A DNA stretch of 41,913 nucleotides, taken from Candidatus Omnitrophota bacterium (GTDB taxonomy: Bacteria; Omnitrophota; Gorgyraeia; Gygaellales; Profunditerraquicolaceae). The notes under the pieces were generated by a model, which saw only the letters and a program-made list of their open reading frames with translations, did no database searches and had not been told where the DNA came from. Position numbers and translations under genes: made by a program. The stretch lies in the NCBI GenBank assembly GCA_016931435.1, contig JAFGET010000109.1:1-41913 (forward strand), written 5' to 3'. Below are positions 17,355-25,338 of the stretch, piece after piece (position 1 is the stretch's first letter; each line of letters begins with the position of its first letter).

Positions 17355-18815
17355 TTAGGGGTCAATATGTTGGAATACGTCATAAGAAGCAGTAACGTTA
17401 CCATTGACTATATATGCATCTAAAAATTCCTGTTCTGGCATAATGTTTGGGGTTACCTGTTTTAACGGATCCATCACCATCGGTCCTTCAGCAGTATCAA
17501 AAACTACCCATACGTGGTTTAATGGTGTGCCTTCAGGAACACCCATTCGTTGCGCAGTCTCTGGGTTAATTACTCCTATTTCAACATGTGCATCATAACC
17601 CGCCATTTCAAGCAGGGCCTCTGCAAAAAATGCGGCTTCAATGCAAACAAATTCTTCTCCTAATAATTCTCCGAAAGTCTGAAGGCCATTCCATAGCATA
17701 TCGTAGCTTGCTGCCCTCTGAGCATCCCTATCAGGTTCATATCCATCGGTTCCTCTCCAAAATATTTTTCGCGCCGAAACAATATCTTGGATCTGCTCCG
17801 GGACGTTCCCGTGGAAATCAACCTGCGCTATCGCAGCGGAAACGCTATCCATAAAAAAAACGTCATTTTCTACAAGTCGAAAAGATTGAGGATTGGGACG
17901 TACGCATAAAAAACTGGTGGGCCGAATCACCTCATCCGAAACAACGGCCAGGGTATAATATTGCGGCCCAAAGTCGTAAGTGAACTTATAGTCTTGGGGG
18001 CTGGCAAGGCCTATTTCGGGAGGCAGAAAGACATCGGAAGAAGGCCTCTCTAACCAGTTAATCCCCGAACCCGCAGACAGCATGGAAGCGTCTGTGCGCC
18101 CTTCTTCAAAGTCTACAGCTAAACCCGAAACATCAATAAAAATTCCGTCATTACTTACCACCATCAGTCCTTTTGCGGAATCCACGCTGTATACCGCAAA
18201 GGCAGCGCCGTTATTAATGGCTTGGATAAATTCGTTATCGACTTGTTCTACCCGGAAGCCATCCCCATCTTTTACTATTCGATAAGCCTTGACTTCTCCG
18301 CCGCTTACAGTAGCCCACCCCGAAGGTTGAGGATTGCCTTGCGTATCCAAGGTCCCTTTTGCAGCTTTGGCGTTATTTACTTGGAGGCTGGCGGGATCCA
18401 TGAACTGGAAGCTAATTGCGCTATTGAACATGGCATCTCCACCGCGTGTATAACCTCCTACGGCGTCACCCGGCAGTGTTTGCCCAATCTGAACTACTAT
18501 TAAATCACCCTGGCCGTCTCCATTAAAATCCGGCCCCCAAACTACACTATAAATCCCCGCTCCATTAGGCGTTATATATTCAAAAGGAGCGGGAGGGTCT
18601 ATTATTGACTGGTCTATTTTCGACTCTGCAGCCGTAAGTGTATCTGTAGATATTAAATCCTTGGTAGGCTTCCAATCTCCCCCTTTGTTTAACTGGGGCA
18701 ACGTCCGATAGCTACAGATACTCCACCCTTCTTCGGCCGGTGCCGACAAAAAGTAAGAAAAAACTAATAGCACCGTGATCAAACAAATTTTCTCAACCGA
18801 TCTTTTATCTTTCAT
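17355..18815 (-). CDS. secreted protein with C-terminal transglutaminase-like (Cys-His-Asp) core
   Basis: Signal-peptide-like N-terminus MKDKRSVEKICLITVLLVFSYFLSAPAEE. FNGDGQGDLIVV (FG-GAP/VCBS-like). C-terminus FVCIEAAFFAEALLEMAGYDAHVEIGV...NHVWVVFDTAEGPMVMDP fits the G-x-C..A..G...H-x-W...D-P transglutaminase-like pattern. Confidence 0.6.
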   Translation of the reverse strand: MKDKRSVEKICLITVLLVFSYFLSAPAEEGWSICSYRTLPQLNKGGDWKPTKDLISTDTLTAAESKIDQSIIDPPAPFEYITPNGAGIYSVVWGPDFNGDGQGDLIVVQIGQTLPGDAVGGYTRGGDAMFNSAISFQFMDPASLQVNNAKAAKGTLDTQGNPQPSGWATVSGGEVKAYRIVKDGDGFRVEQVDNEFIQAINNGAAFAVYSVDSAKGLMVVSNDGIFIDVSGLAVDFEEGRTDASMLSAGSGINWLERPSSDVFLPPEIGLASPQDYKFTYDFGPQYYTLAVVSDEVIRPTSFLCVRPNPQSFRLVENDVFFMDSVSAAIAQVDFHGNVPEQIQDIVSARKIFWRGTDGYEPDRDAQRAASYDMLWNGLQTFGELLGEEFVCIEAAFFAEALLEMAGYDAHVEIGVINPETAQRMGVPEGTPLNHVWVVFDTAEGPMVMDPLKQVTPNIMPEQEFLDAYIVNGNVTASYDVFQHIDP

Positions 18816-18856
18816 AATTTATCCCTGCAAATCTTTTGCCGAACGGATATCCGAGC

Positions 18857-18930
18857 CCCATCGCCGGGGAACAATTTTGTCAGAACTGGTTGTGTCACAA
18901 AATGATATCCCGGAATGTTCTTTGTATTGT
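18857..18930. repeat. ~73-nt direct repeat, copy 2 (between the two secreted-protein genes)
   Basis: cccatcgccggggaacaattttgtcagaactggttgtgtcacaaaatgatatcccggaatgttc. See copy 1. Both copies contain ttgtgtcacaa, an 11-nt odd palindrome. Confidence 0.8.
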
Positions 18931-18952
18931 TATTATTACAACTACCATTGGG

Positions 18953-21900
18953 CTATTGACCTGATCCATATTGCCAATTTAAAAACTCCATGTAATCTGC
19001 AGGACTATTTATATTCTGAATGGTATTTACATACTGGCCTATATTCGTTTCATTAATCGTAAAGGGTTCATAACCGTACCGCATCAAAATCCAATTCACA
19101 ACAAGATATCCGGTCCTATCATTGTAGTCATGGAATGGGTGGGTATATATATATCTGGAATAGAAATTAGCGGCTAACTGGAACACTTCTTCTCTCGTTC
19201 TGTTAGGATCAGCATCTAATCGTTCAATACCTTCTTCTAAGGAAGCATATATTCCTTCCATCCTGGGTCTTACTTCATTTACTGGAGCTAACCATTCTGG
19301 GTGGGCGACTCCGGCGCCAGCATCACCCAGGCGGTAATACTGATTAAAAACCGTAACTAAGTCATGCACCATGGGGTTTGGGCTGGCTTCGGCTAGAATA
19401 CGATAAACAGATTCTATTGTGCTTTGATCAGGCGCCACCCCTTGCTCTACATATTGATTCACTAATGCTGCTGCATCTTGTAGCGCTTGGACTTCTGCCG
19501 GACGAAACCTTCCTTCGTTAGTTATCCCAATAGCAGCAGTATCAAACTGCGGGGAAGGAGCAAGCATCCCGCCTGACCAAACACCTACAGATCCATCATT
19601 AGGATTATAGAATCCACGTATGGTAGAGTTCTGTGCATCTTGAATCGGAATCAACCCTTCGGCAGTGACTGTTTCGTTGGGACTACGTATCCATCCTGCC
19701 GGAATCGCAATCGCCTCCGTAGTATTACCCCTGGCCTCAACCGTTGTTTCTGCCGGCATGATCTGTGCCCCTAATAAAGGCGTATTTAAAGCGCGGACCT
19801 CAACAGCACTTGCAGATGTATCCGCGGGAATAATAGAAAGCGGGTCAAATCCCATTTCAGTCGGCACAACCATGGCATTTTCTACGTTAATGGGGCGGCC
19901 ACCTGACATATTGTTCAGTTCAAAAATAGCTAAAATGGCAGCATCATTACCAAGTGTAGTGCCTTCGTAAGCAGCTCCTATCTTTACTTGAGTCAAAATA
20001 TTTTCGCCGCTTGCAGGATCTACAAGAGAGATACCGCGCGCGATGACAGTGCCATCTGTAGGATTTCTGAATTCAATTGCATACCCCTGTACGGTTCTGC
20101 CGCCATATTCTATGTTTCTTTGGGCGCTTTCTACTTCAAAACGAGGCCCCTCGGCAACAATATCAGTACCGGTTGATCTTGTTGCCTGGCCAAAGTGAGG
20201 ATATGCCAACATGGCAATCAAAGCGCCTGCTTCGGGGCTACCTATTAATTCTTCGGTAAGAACCGCACTACCTATAAAGACAAACTCCCGCACACTATTA
20301 TTTCCTACTCTCTGTAATACTTCACTGCCGCTATCGCCGGCGCTTACCCTGGTATAGGCAACCATGAGATTGCTTGCCCCTACAAGAGAGAAAACATCGC
20401 TTAAAAATAAAGCTTGCTCTGCCTGAGAAAGGTCTCCGGATATAAATTCACCTGCTCCTTCGGCAATTTGCCCATAGAACTGCAGCATCATCAGCTTGGG
20501 AGCGCCGTTAGCAACCATGTACCCCGCCAGCTGCCTTCCTGAACCGCTGGCTAGCGCCGCATTTAAGCTGGTAGGAGCAGTGCTGCCTCCGCTGATCGCC
20601 TTTCCGGCAAAGCCAAATGCCATATTAAAAGCATACATATCAGCAAAAATCAAAGAACCCTTGATCACGGTACCGCCTATTGTCACCGCTAAATCTCCGT
20701 CTGTTCCCAGTATGGTATAATTGACTGCATTAGTAATATTGTAATTTAGTCTATTATAAACAAAGAAATCGTTTGGGTTTATCTGAAAACCTGCAATGCT
20801 TCTTGTGTCTTCTGGCTCAATGCCTAAAAGAGCCCCCACCCAAGTACTTCTCATTTCTTCGGCTCCAATAAAAGCGGTCATCCTACCACTATCTACTCCC
20901 AGTAAATCTAACCCCATACCGCCATCTACCATTAAGCTCCCTATAACAAATCTGCCCGGGCCGGTAATAAGACTCGACACAAAGCCTAATGCGCCTTCAT
21001 TATTATTGTATATATCCACTCCATATTGATTAAACAGCATAGCTTCTACTGACAAGGGCGAAGCATCAGTCTGGGCTATCGCCACCCAGCCATTTAATTC
21101 AGGGACATATCCATAAACATTACGGAGGCCAGTAATAGGTTCTGCCGGCCCTAAGGTTACTTGCGCCACATGGATCTCTACCCCTTCTGCCAGCGTCACT
21201 CCGGCTGACTCTACTCCTACCACGGTTGCTTTCACCCCGGGCGCATATCCGTCCGGAGAGTAAGCAAGGTAGCCTTCTGGGAGTTTTTCGTAAGCAAATA
21301 CCTGGCAAGTGAAATCTGCTGCCGTGGCGTTGGGATCGCTTAAAGAAGAAAGCCCTTCAAGCTCAAAGAAAACCGTGCCGCCGTTTTGCCTTGTATAGTC
21401 ATTAAGATCAAGGAAGGTGAAAAAAAGAGCACTGAGAGCCTCCTCGCGCCAGGCGGTGTTATCGGGCAGAGAGCCGGTGCCATTAGTGATAATATCCAGC
21501 GCTAATTGATAGTATTCTGTGGGCCCTTCTCCTGAATCAATAAGAGCCTGGATCCCTTCCTGAGCAATAGGAAGCGCTGCAGGGTCGATGCTAATTTGCA
21601 AACTCCCGATTTCCTTACCCGTAGTAAGGCCGCCGGTAAGATTACCAAAACTGCCATCTAAAGGTAAGATAGCATTTCCGGAATTACGGCCAGGGCCCTG
21701 CCGATAAGGCTCATCCATATATTCCAGAGGAATTTCTTCGCTCTCAGTTATCAGGTTCACAACTTCTACGCTGGGCTCATTGGAATATTCCAGGGTAGTC
21801 TCAGCGGTAATTACGCCTGGTATAGTAGAGTTATCTCTTGCCGGAACAAGATATACCACATCCGAGTTCTGCAATCCAACTACTGCGACAAATTCTGCGC

Positions 21901-22756
21901 CATTATCCAAGGTTACTGCGCCTAGAATAATCATCCCGTTCTGCCGCATACCTTCTTCTGCGTAATCCGCGGGAGTCAAATTAATCGTTCCCCCTGCTGT
22001 AGATAGATGCGCCCCTTCGCTATCCTCGGTAATGGCGGCACTGAATTCCTCAAAAGTCATGCCGGTAGAAAATACTGTTGCGCCCTCAGGCAGTTCTGTA
22101 ACCTCAACTGCAGGTAAATAATATTCTCCTTCTGTGCCAAATGTCTTGAGCAAAAATGGATTATCGGTTACTTCTACTATCAGATATCCGCCGGTCAATG
22201 TTTGTAGCGCGCCAAGCTCATCCTGGGCAGAAATAGGACCCATGGCCTGGCCGGCCTGGTTACAGATCATCCAATCAGATGAAACCTGCGCCGGGTATAA
22301 GATTTTCTGCTGGCTATCCGGATTATTTGCCAACTCTGTCATCGACCAGCCAAGAACCAAGGCTAATCCGGGAGCGTTCTCCAAACGCGCATCAGCCGAA
22401 ACCGCGGACTCAAGCAAGCCTTGTAACTGATCGGCTGATATCCCTTTTTGATCTAAAAACGCTACGAGGTTATCATATTGTTCTTCGGGCATGCTCAGTA
22501 TTGTCCCTTGGTTAAAACCGGCTAAGGCAAAAATACTGTCAAGTTGCGCGCGGGTAAAAGTAGTGGAAGTGGTATCAGGAAGATTGTCTGTATCTATAGC
22601 TACCGGCTTAAAATCAAACTGCCCTGAATAAGGCATCGTCTTTTGCCCGCTGGATGTGCCATAGGGAGAACTACCCCAGCTTGCCTGCACTATACTCATG
22701 GTTAAGATAAGCGTGCAGATTAAAATCCTATTTATATAATTATTTGTGTTTTGCAT
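18953..22756 (-). CDS. large secreted protein (about 1267 aa) with a C-terminal Fic/Fido-like domain carrying a degenerate motif
   Basis: The start MQNTNNY at 22756 has GGAGG 5 nt upstream. Signal-like ILICTLILTMSIVQASWG. A Gly/Ala-rich hydrophobic central region. The C-terminus ends FYSRYIYTHPFHDYNDRTGYLVVNWILMRYGYEPF (motif at 19106..19141), compared with canonical HPFx(D/E)GNGRxxR. Confidence 0.75.
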   Translation of the reverse strand: MQNTNNYINRILICTLILTMSIVQASWGSSPYGTSSGQKTMPYSGQFDFKPVAIDTDNLPDTTSTTFTRAQLDSIFALAGFNQGTILSMPEEQYDNLVAFLDQKGISADQLQGLLESAVSADARLENAPGLALVLGWSMTELANNPDSQQKILYPAQVSSDWMICNQAGQAMGPISAQDELGALQTLTGGYLIVEVTDNPFLLKTFGTEGEYYLPAVEVTELPEGATVFSTGMTFEEFSAAITEDSEGAHLSTAGGTINLTPADYAEEGMRQNGMIILGAVTLDNGAEFVAVVGLQNSDVVYLVPARDNSTIPGVITAETTLEYSNEPSVEVVNLITESEEIPLEYMDEPYRQGPGRNSGNAILPLDGSFGNLTGGLTTGKEIGSLQISIDPAALPIAQEGIQALIDSGEGPTEYYQLALDIITNGTGSLPDNTAWREEALSALFFTFLDLNDYTRQNGGTVFFELEGLSSLSDPNATAADFTCQVFAYEKLPEGYLAYSPDGYAPGVKATVVGVESAGVTLAEGVEIHVAQVTLGPAEPITGLRNVYGYVPELNGWVAIAQTDASPLSVEAMLFNQYGVDIYNNNEGALGFVSSLITGPGRFVIGSLMVDGGMGLDLLGVDSGRMTAFIGAEEMRSTWVGALLGIEPEDTRSIAGFQINPNDFFVYNRLNYNITNAVNYTILGTDGDLAVTIGGTVIKGSLIFADMYAFNMAFGFAGKAISGGSTAPTSLNAALASGSGRQLAGYMVANGAPKLMMLQFYGQIAEGAGEFISGDLSQAEQALFLSDVFSLVGASNLMVAYTRVSAGDSGSEVLQRVGNNSVREFVFIGSAVLTEELIGSPEAGALIAMLAYPHFGQATRSTGTDIVAEGPRFEVESAQRNIEYGGRTVQGYAIEFRNPTDGTVIARGISLVDPASGENILTQVKIGAAYEGTTLGNDAAILAIFELNNMSGGRPINVENAMVVPTEMGFDPLSIIPADTSASAVEVRALNTPLLGAQIMPAETTVEARGNTTEAIAIPAGWIRSPNETVTAEGLIPIQDAQNSTIRGFYNPNDGSVGVWSGGMLAPSPQFDTAAIGITNEGRFRPAEVQALQDAAALVNQYVEQGVAPDQSTIESVYRILAEASPNPMVHDLVTVFNQYYRLGDAGAGVAHPEWLAPVNEVRPRMEGIYASLEEGIERLDADPNRTREEVFQLAANFYSRYIYTHPFHDYNDRTGYLVVNWILMRYGYEPFTINETNIGQYVNTIQNINSPADYMEFLNWQYGSGQ

Positions 22757-22769
22757 TTTTACCTCCAAT

Positions 22770-22806
22770 AAAAAAGCCCTGGCAAACGCTTGGGTTTACC
22801 AGGGCT
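22770..22806 (-). terminator. intrinsic terminator T2, immediately 5' of the SD of the giant gene
   Basis: Minus strand: AGCCCTGG-taaacccaagcgtttg-CCAGGGCT followed by TTTTTT, then ATTGGAGGTAAAAATG. Confidence 0.65.
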
Positions 22807-22814
22807 CTATAAAC

Positions 22815-22844
22815 CAAAAAACCCTAAAAAGGCTTTTTTTAGGG
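22815..22844 (-). terminator. intrinsic terminator T1
   Basis: Minus strand: CCCTAAAAA-aagcc-TTTTTAGGG followed by TTTTTT. Confidence 0.6.
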
Positions 22845-23093
22845 TGGACGGACTTCTTTTGGCAACGCAGCCTCCCTTTTACAGACTTAGGGACTGTCGT
22901 TTTGCGCCCTAGCATTACTACTAGTTTGCCTTTTTCAAAAAATATTGATATTTAGTCAGGCCTCTGGCGGTCTACTTAATATTCAGTCTCTATGCTTTTG
23001 CCAAAGCGCTGACTTTTACAAAGAACAATAATGCATACTTTCGATAGAAGAGCAATTTTTTGTAAAACGAATCAAATACTTATTTCTACATAA

Positions 23094-23121
23094 AGTATAC
23101 AACATGCAGGCATGCTTTCAA
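23094..23121 (-). promoter_or_regulatory. sigma70-type promoter for the leader / giant gene
   Basis: Minus strand: TTGAAA (23121..23116), 16-nt spacer, TATACT (23099..23094). Confidence 0.5.
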
Positions 23122-23282
23122 GGGTAAAACTGGGAATTTGGGAAAACGCTTTCTTTAAGCACAAATCGTGCTTATTTAGAGGCGGAAGGGCTTAAATAGA
23201 TTGGTAAATGTAATCAAAAGTTAGATTGATTTATTTATTTGTAGATGTTTACGCGGAATTAAGGAAGGAGGGGGTGATTTTT

Positions 23283-25163
23283 TCAGTCGTAGGAAAACAT
23301 TACTGTAAAAGCCTCTTCTTGACTATCTATAAATTTAGGAAAAGGGGGAAAGGGCGAAGCTTCCTTTACGCTTTTTAAGGCTACTAGGTCCAGAAGGTTA
23401 TTTGTTGAGGCAAGGACTTTTGGCCATTCTTTAAGCTGCCCGCGGGAATCCAGAATAAAGGAAACATGGACCCTGCCTTTATATACTTCGTCTTCGCCGA
23501 TATAGCCGGAGGCGATCTGGCTGATCTTCTGCCAGATAAAGTTGCGGTATTCTATGATATTGGCAAACTCGCGGCGGTTTACTCTGGATGTCTGGTCTGA
23601 ACTGATATTTTCACTGACTATATTTCCGCCTACCATCTTCATTACGGCTCCGTCTTTGGGTTTTATTTGCAGAAGTTCGGTATAAGCGCTGTCTCCGGAC
23701 ATAATATGGGGGGTGAGCAGTATCACTAATTCTGTTTTCTTTACTTCTTTGGATTTATTGCGAAAAAGCGCCCCTAAAAATGGGATATCCCCGAAAACAG
23801 GTATGGATTTCCTCGTTTCAGACTTCTCCTCCTTGCTTAAACCGCCGATGATAATAGTCACGCCGTCTTTTAGCATCACCGAAGTCTCTGCTTCGGAAGT
23901 AGTAACGATGGGTATTTGCTCTCCCTTTGCGGTAGTATACCTTTCCGCGGCCGAGCTGATCTCGGGGCGTATCTTCATCGTCACAAAATCGTCTTTGTTG
24001 ATAGTGGGGGTAACATGTAGTTTTATACCTACGTCCACAAAATTGATCGTTTCTGAAGTAGTCACTGTCCCCCCTTCGCCAGTGACCGTTGTCTGTGACG
24101 CATAAGGCTCTTTCGTTCCTACCAGTATTTTCGCCTCCTGGTTGTTCAAGGCCATGATCCGCGGGCTTGAGAGTATCTTAGTATCTCCGATCGTGCGTAA
24201 CAAGTCGATGATACCCTTATATTGCTCTTTTCCGGTCAGGCTTAAATTATCTGTTGCCATGCCAAATGTCAGCCTATTCGCGGCGGTTGCGGTAGGAATG
24301 GAAGTGACAAACCTGAAGTTTTTGGTGATCCAATAATCCCAATCCAGGCCTGCCTCGAATTTATGCGAAGGCTTTATTTCGATGATCTGCGCGTCAATCA
24401 GGACCTGCGAAGTCTTTTCATCAAAAGCCTCGATTATCTTTGAGATCTCTTCCAGTTTTTCAGGATAATCGGTTACGATTATTTTATTTGTGCGCTCATC
24501 TATTTTAATGGAGCCTACGCCCTTGGTGATCGCTTCCTGGACCTTGGCGCTTATTTTATCCGCCTGGGAGTAATTTAATTCAAAAATTTTAGTCTGCACA
24601 AGCAAATCCGTGCTGTCGATAAAATCCTCCATTTCCTTCAGCTTTTCTTCTGTATCGATAAGTACCATGGTGTTAGACCCTTCATCTACGATGATCCTGC
24701 CGATATTGGTCTTCATCTGGGTCAGGGCGCGCGCCAGATCTATCGCCTTGGCATATCTTAAAGTGACTACTTTTACCCGGGTCTTTACCTGATGTCGCTG
24801 CCCGTAGAGAAGTTCATAGTCGCGCTGGGTCATTACATTGATGATGCCGCCTTTTTTATCATAAGCCAGGTCATTGGCTAAAAGGATTATCTCAAAGGCG
24901 TCCCAGATATCCACGTCTTTAAGAAAAAGCGTGACTCTTCCGGTTACATTTTTACCTACTACGATGTTCATCCCCGAGCGGGAAGCTATCATTTTCATAA
25001 CATCAACGACATCCATGCCTTTTATGTCTAAGGAAATCCTGCTGGGGTCCTGGGGCGGTGATGATTGAGCCGGAGCATTTGCGCGGAGATTTTCCTGCGC
25101 AAAAATTGTCCCTGTTAAAAAAATAAAAAACGCGGTTAAAACAAAAATTAATTTATTTTTCAT
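23283..25163 (-). CDS. pilQ: type IV pilus / MSHA-type secretin with C-terminal TonB_C-like extension
   Basis: The start MKNKLIFVLTAFFIFLTGTIFAQ at 25163 has GGAGGAGG upstream. N-terminal STN/secretin_N-like region (ISLDIKGMDVVDVMKMIASRSGMNIVV). Secretin core (ILSSPRIMALNNQEA...IPVFGDIPFLGALFR...LVILLTPHI). Then about 95 aa of TonB_C-like tail. Confidence 0.85.
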   Translation of the reverse strand: MKNKLIFVLTAFFIFLTGTIFAQENLRANAPAQSSPPQDPSRISLDIKGMDVVDVMKMIASRSGMNIVVGKNVTGRVTLFLKDVDIWDAFEIILLANDLAYDKKGGIINVMTQRDYELLYGQRHQVKTRVKVVTLRYAKAIDLARALTQMKTNIGRIIVDEGSNTMVLIDTEEKLKEMEDFIDSTDLLVQTKIFELNYSQADKISAKVQEAITKGVGSIKIDERTNKIIVTDYPEKLEEISKIIEAFDEKTSQVLIDAQIIEIKPSHKFEAGLDWDYWITKNFRFVTSIPTATAANRLTFGMATDNLSLTGKEQYKGIIDLLRTIGDTKILSSPRIMALNNQEAKILVGTKEPYASQTTVTGEGGTVTTSETINFVDVGIKLHVTPTINKDDFVTMKIRPEISSAAERYTTAKGEQIPIVTTSEAETSVMLKDGVTIIIGGLSKEEKSETRKSIPVFGDIPFLGALFRNKSKEVKKTELVILLTPHIMSGDSAYTELLQIKPKDGAVMKMVGGNIVSENISSDQTSRVNRREFANIIEYRNFIWQKISQIASGYIGEDEVYKGRVHVSFILDSRGQLKEWPKVLASTNNLLDLVALKSVKEASPFPPFPKFIDSQEEAFTVMFSYD

Positions 25164-25338
25164 TTTATCCTCCTCCCCCAGAAAAGGGGGGACACCCAGT
25201 ACTCCGATAAACTGGGGTGCTATCCCCAGAAAAGGGGGACACCCAGTACTCACCTCAGATAAAGGTGCACTTTGCCATCCTATAGGCAAAGGTGCATGAT
25301 AAACTGGGGTGCTATTCCCAGTAAAGATGAAAGAGTAT
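25164..25338. repeat. interleaved direct repeats and hairpins upstream of the secretin gene
   Basis: Unit X, ccccagaaaagggg(g)gacacccagtact, at 25176..25203 and 25224..25250. Unit Y, gataaactggggtgctat(c/t)ccca, at 25206..25228 and 25298..25321. aaaggtgca at 25261..25269 and 25288..25296, flanking the hairpin ctttgcc-atcctata-ggcaaag. Confidence 0.8.

Larger units (their letters stand above)
22757..23086 (-). ncRNA. long structured 5' leader (or independent sRNA) upstream of the giant secreted-protein gene
   Basis: Bounded by a good promoter (23121..23094) and two tandem intrinsic terminators just before the SD. It contains a 13-bp helix, AGUCAGCGCUUUGGC / GCCAGAGGCCUGACU, that needs a G-U pair valid only for the minus-strand transcript. 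No ORF longer than 6 codons. Confidence 0.45.

Noticed and set aside
19226-19243. SLEEGI upstream of the Fic motif, considered as the (S/T)xxxE(G/N) auto-inhibitory helix motif.
   Set aside because: The register is wrong: it is S-x-x-E-G, not S-x-x-x-E-G. I do not count it as an inhibition motif.
22746-22955. A 69-aa plus-strand ORF in the leader region.
   Set aside because: It spans both terminator hairpins and starts inside the giant gene's own start region. It has no SD and a low-complexity product.
25164-25289. A 42-residue N-terminal extension of the secretin with a duplicated PPFLG.
   Set aside because: It is a translation of the direct repeats. The ATG at 25163 has GGAGGAGG upstream and starts a proper signal peptide. 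The same reasoning applies to the extensions of pyrB (16493..16573), carB (10391..10414), GT2 (4428..4451) and the giant gene (22757..22768).
25164-25338. A possible CRISPR array or other spaced-repeat locus upstream of the secretin gene.
   Set aside because: There are only two copies of each unit. The units overlap or interleave instead of alternating with unique spacers of constant length. No cas genes are in the window.
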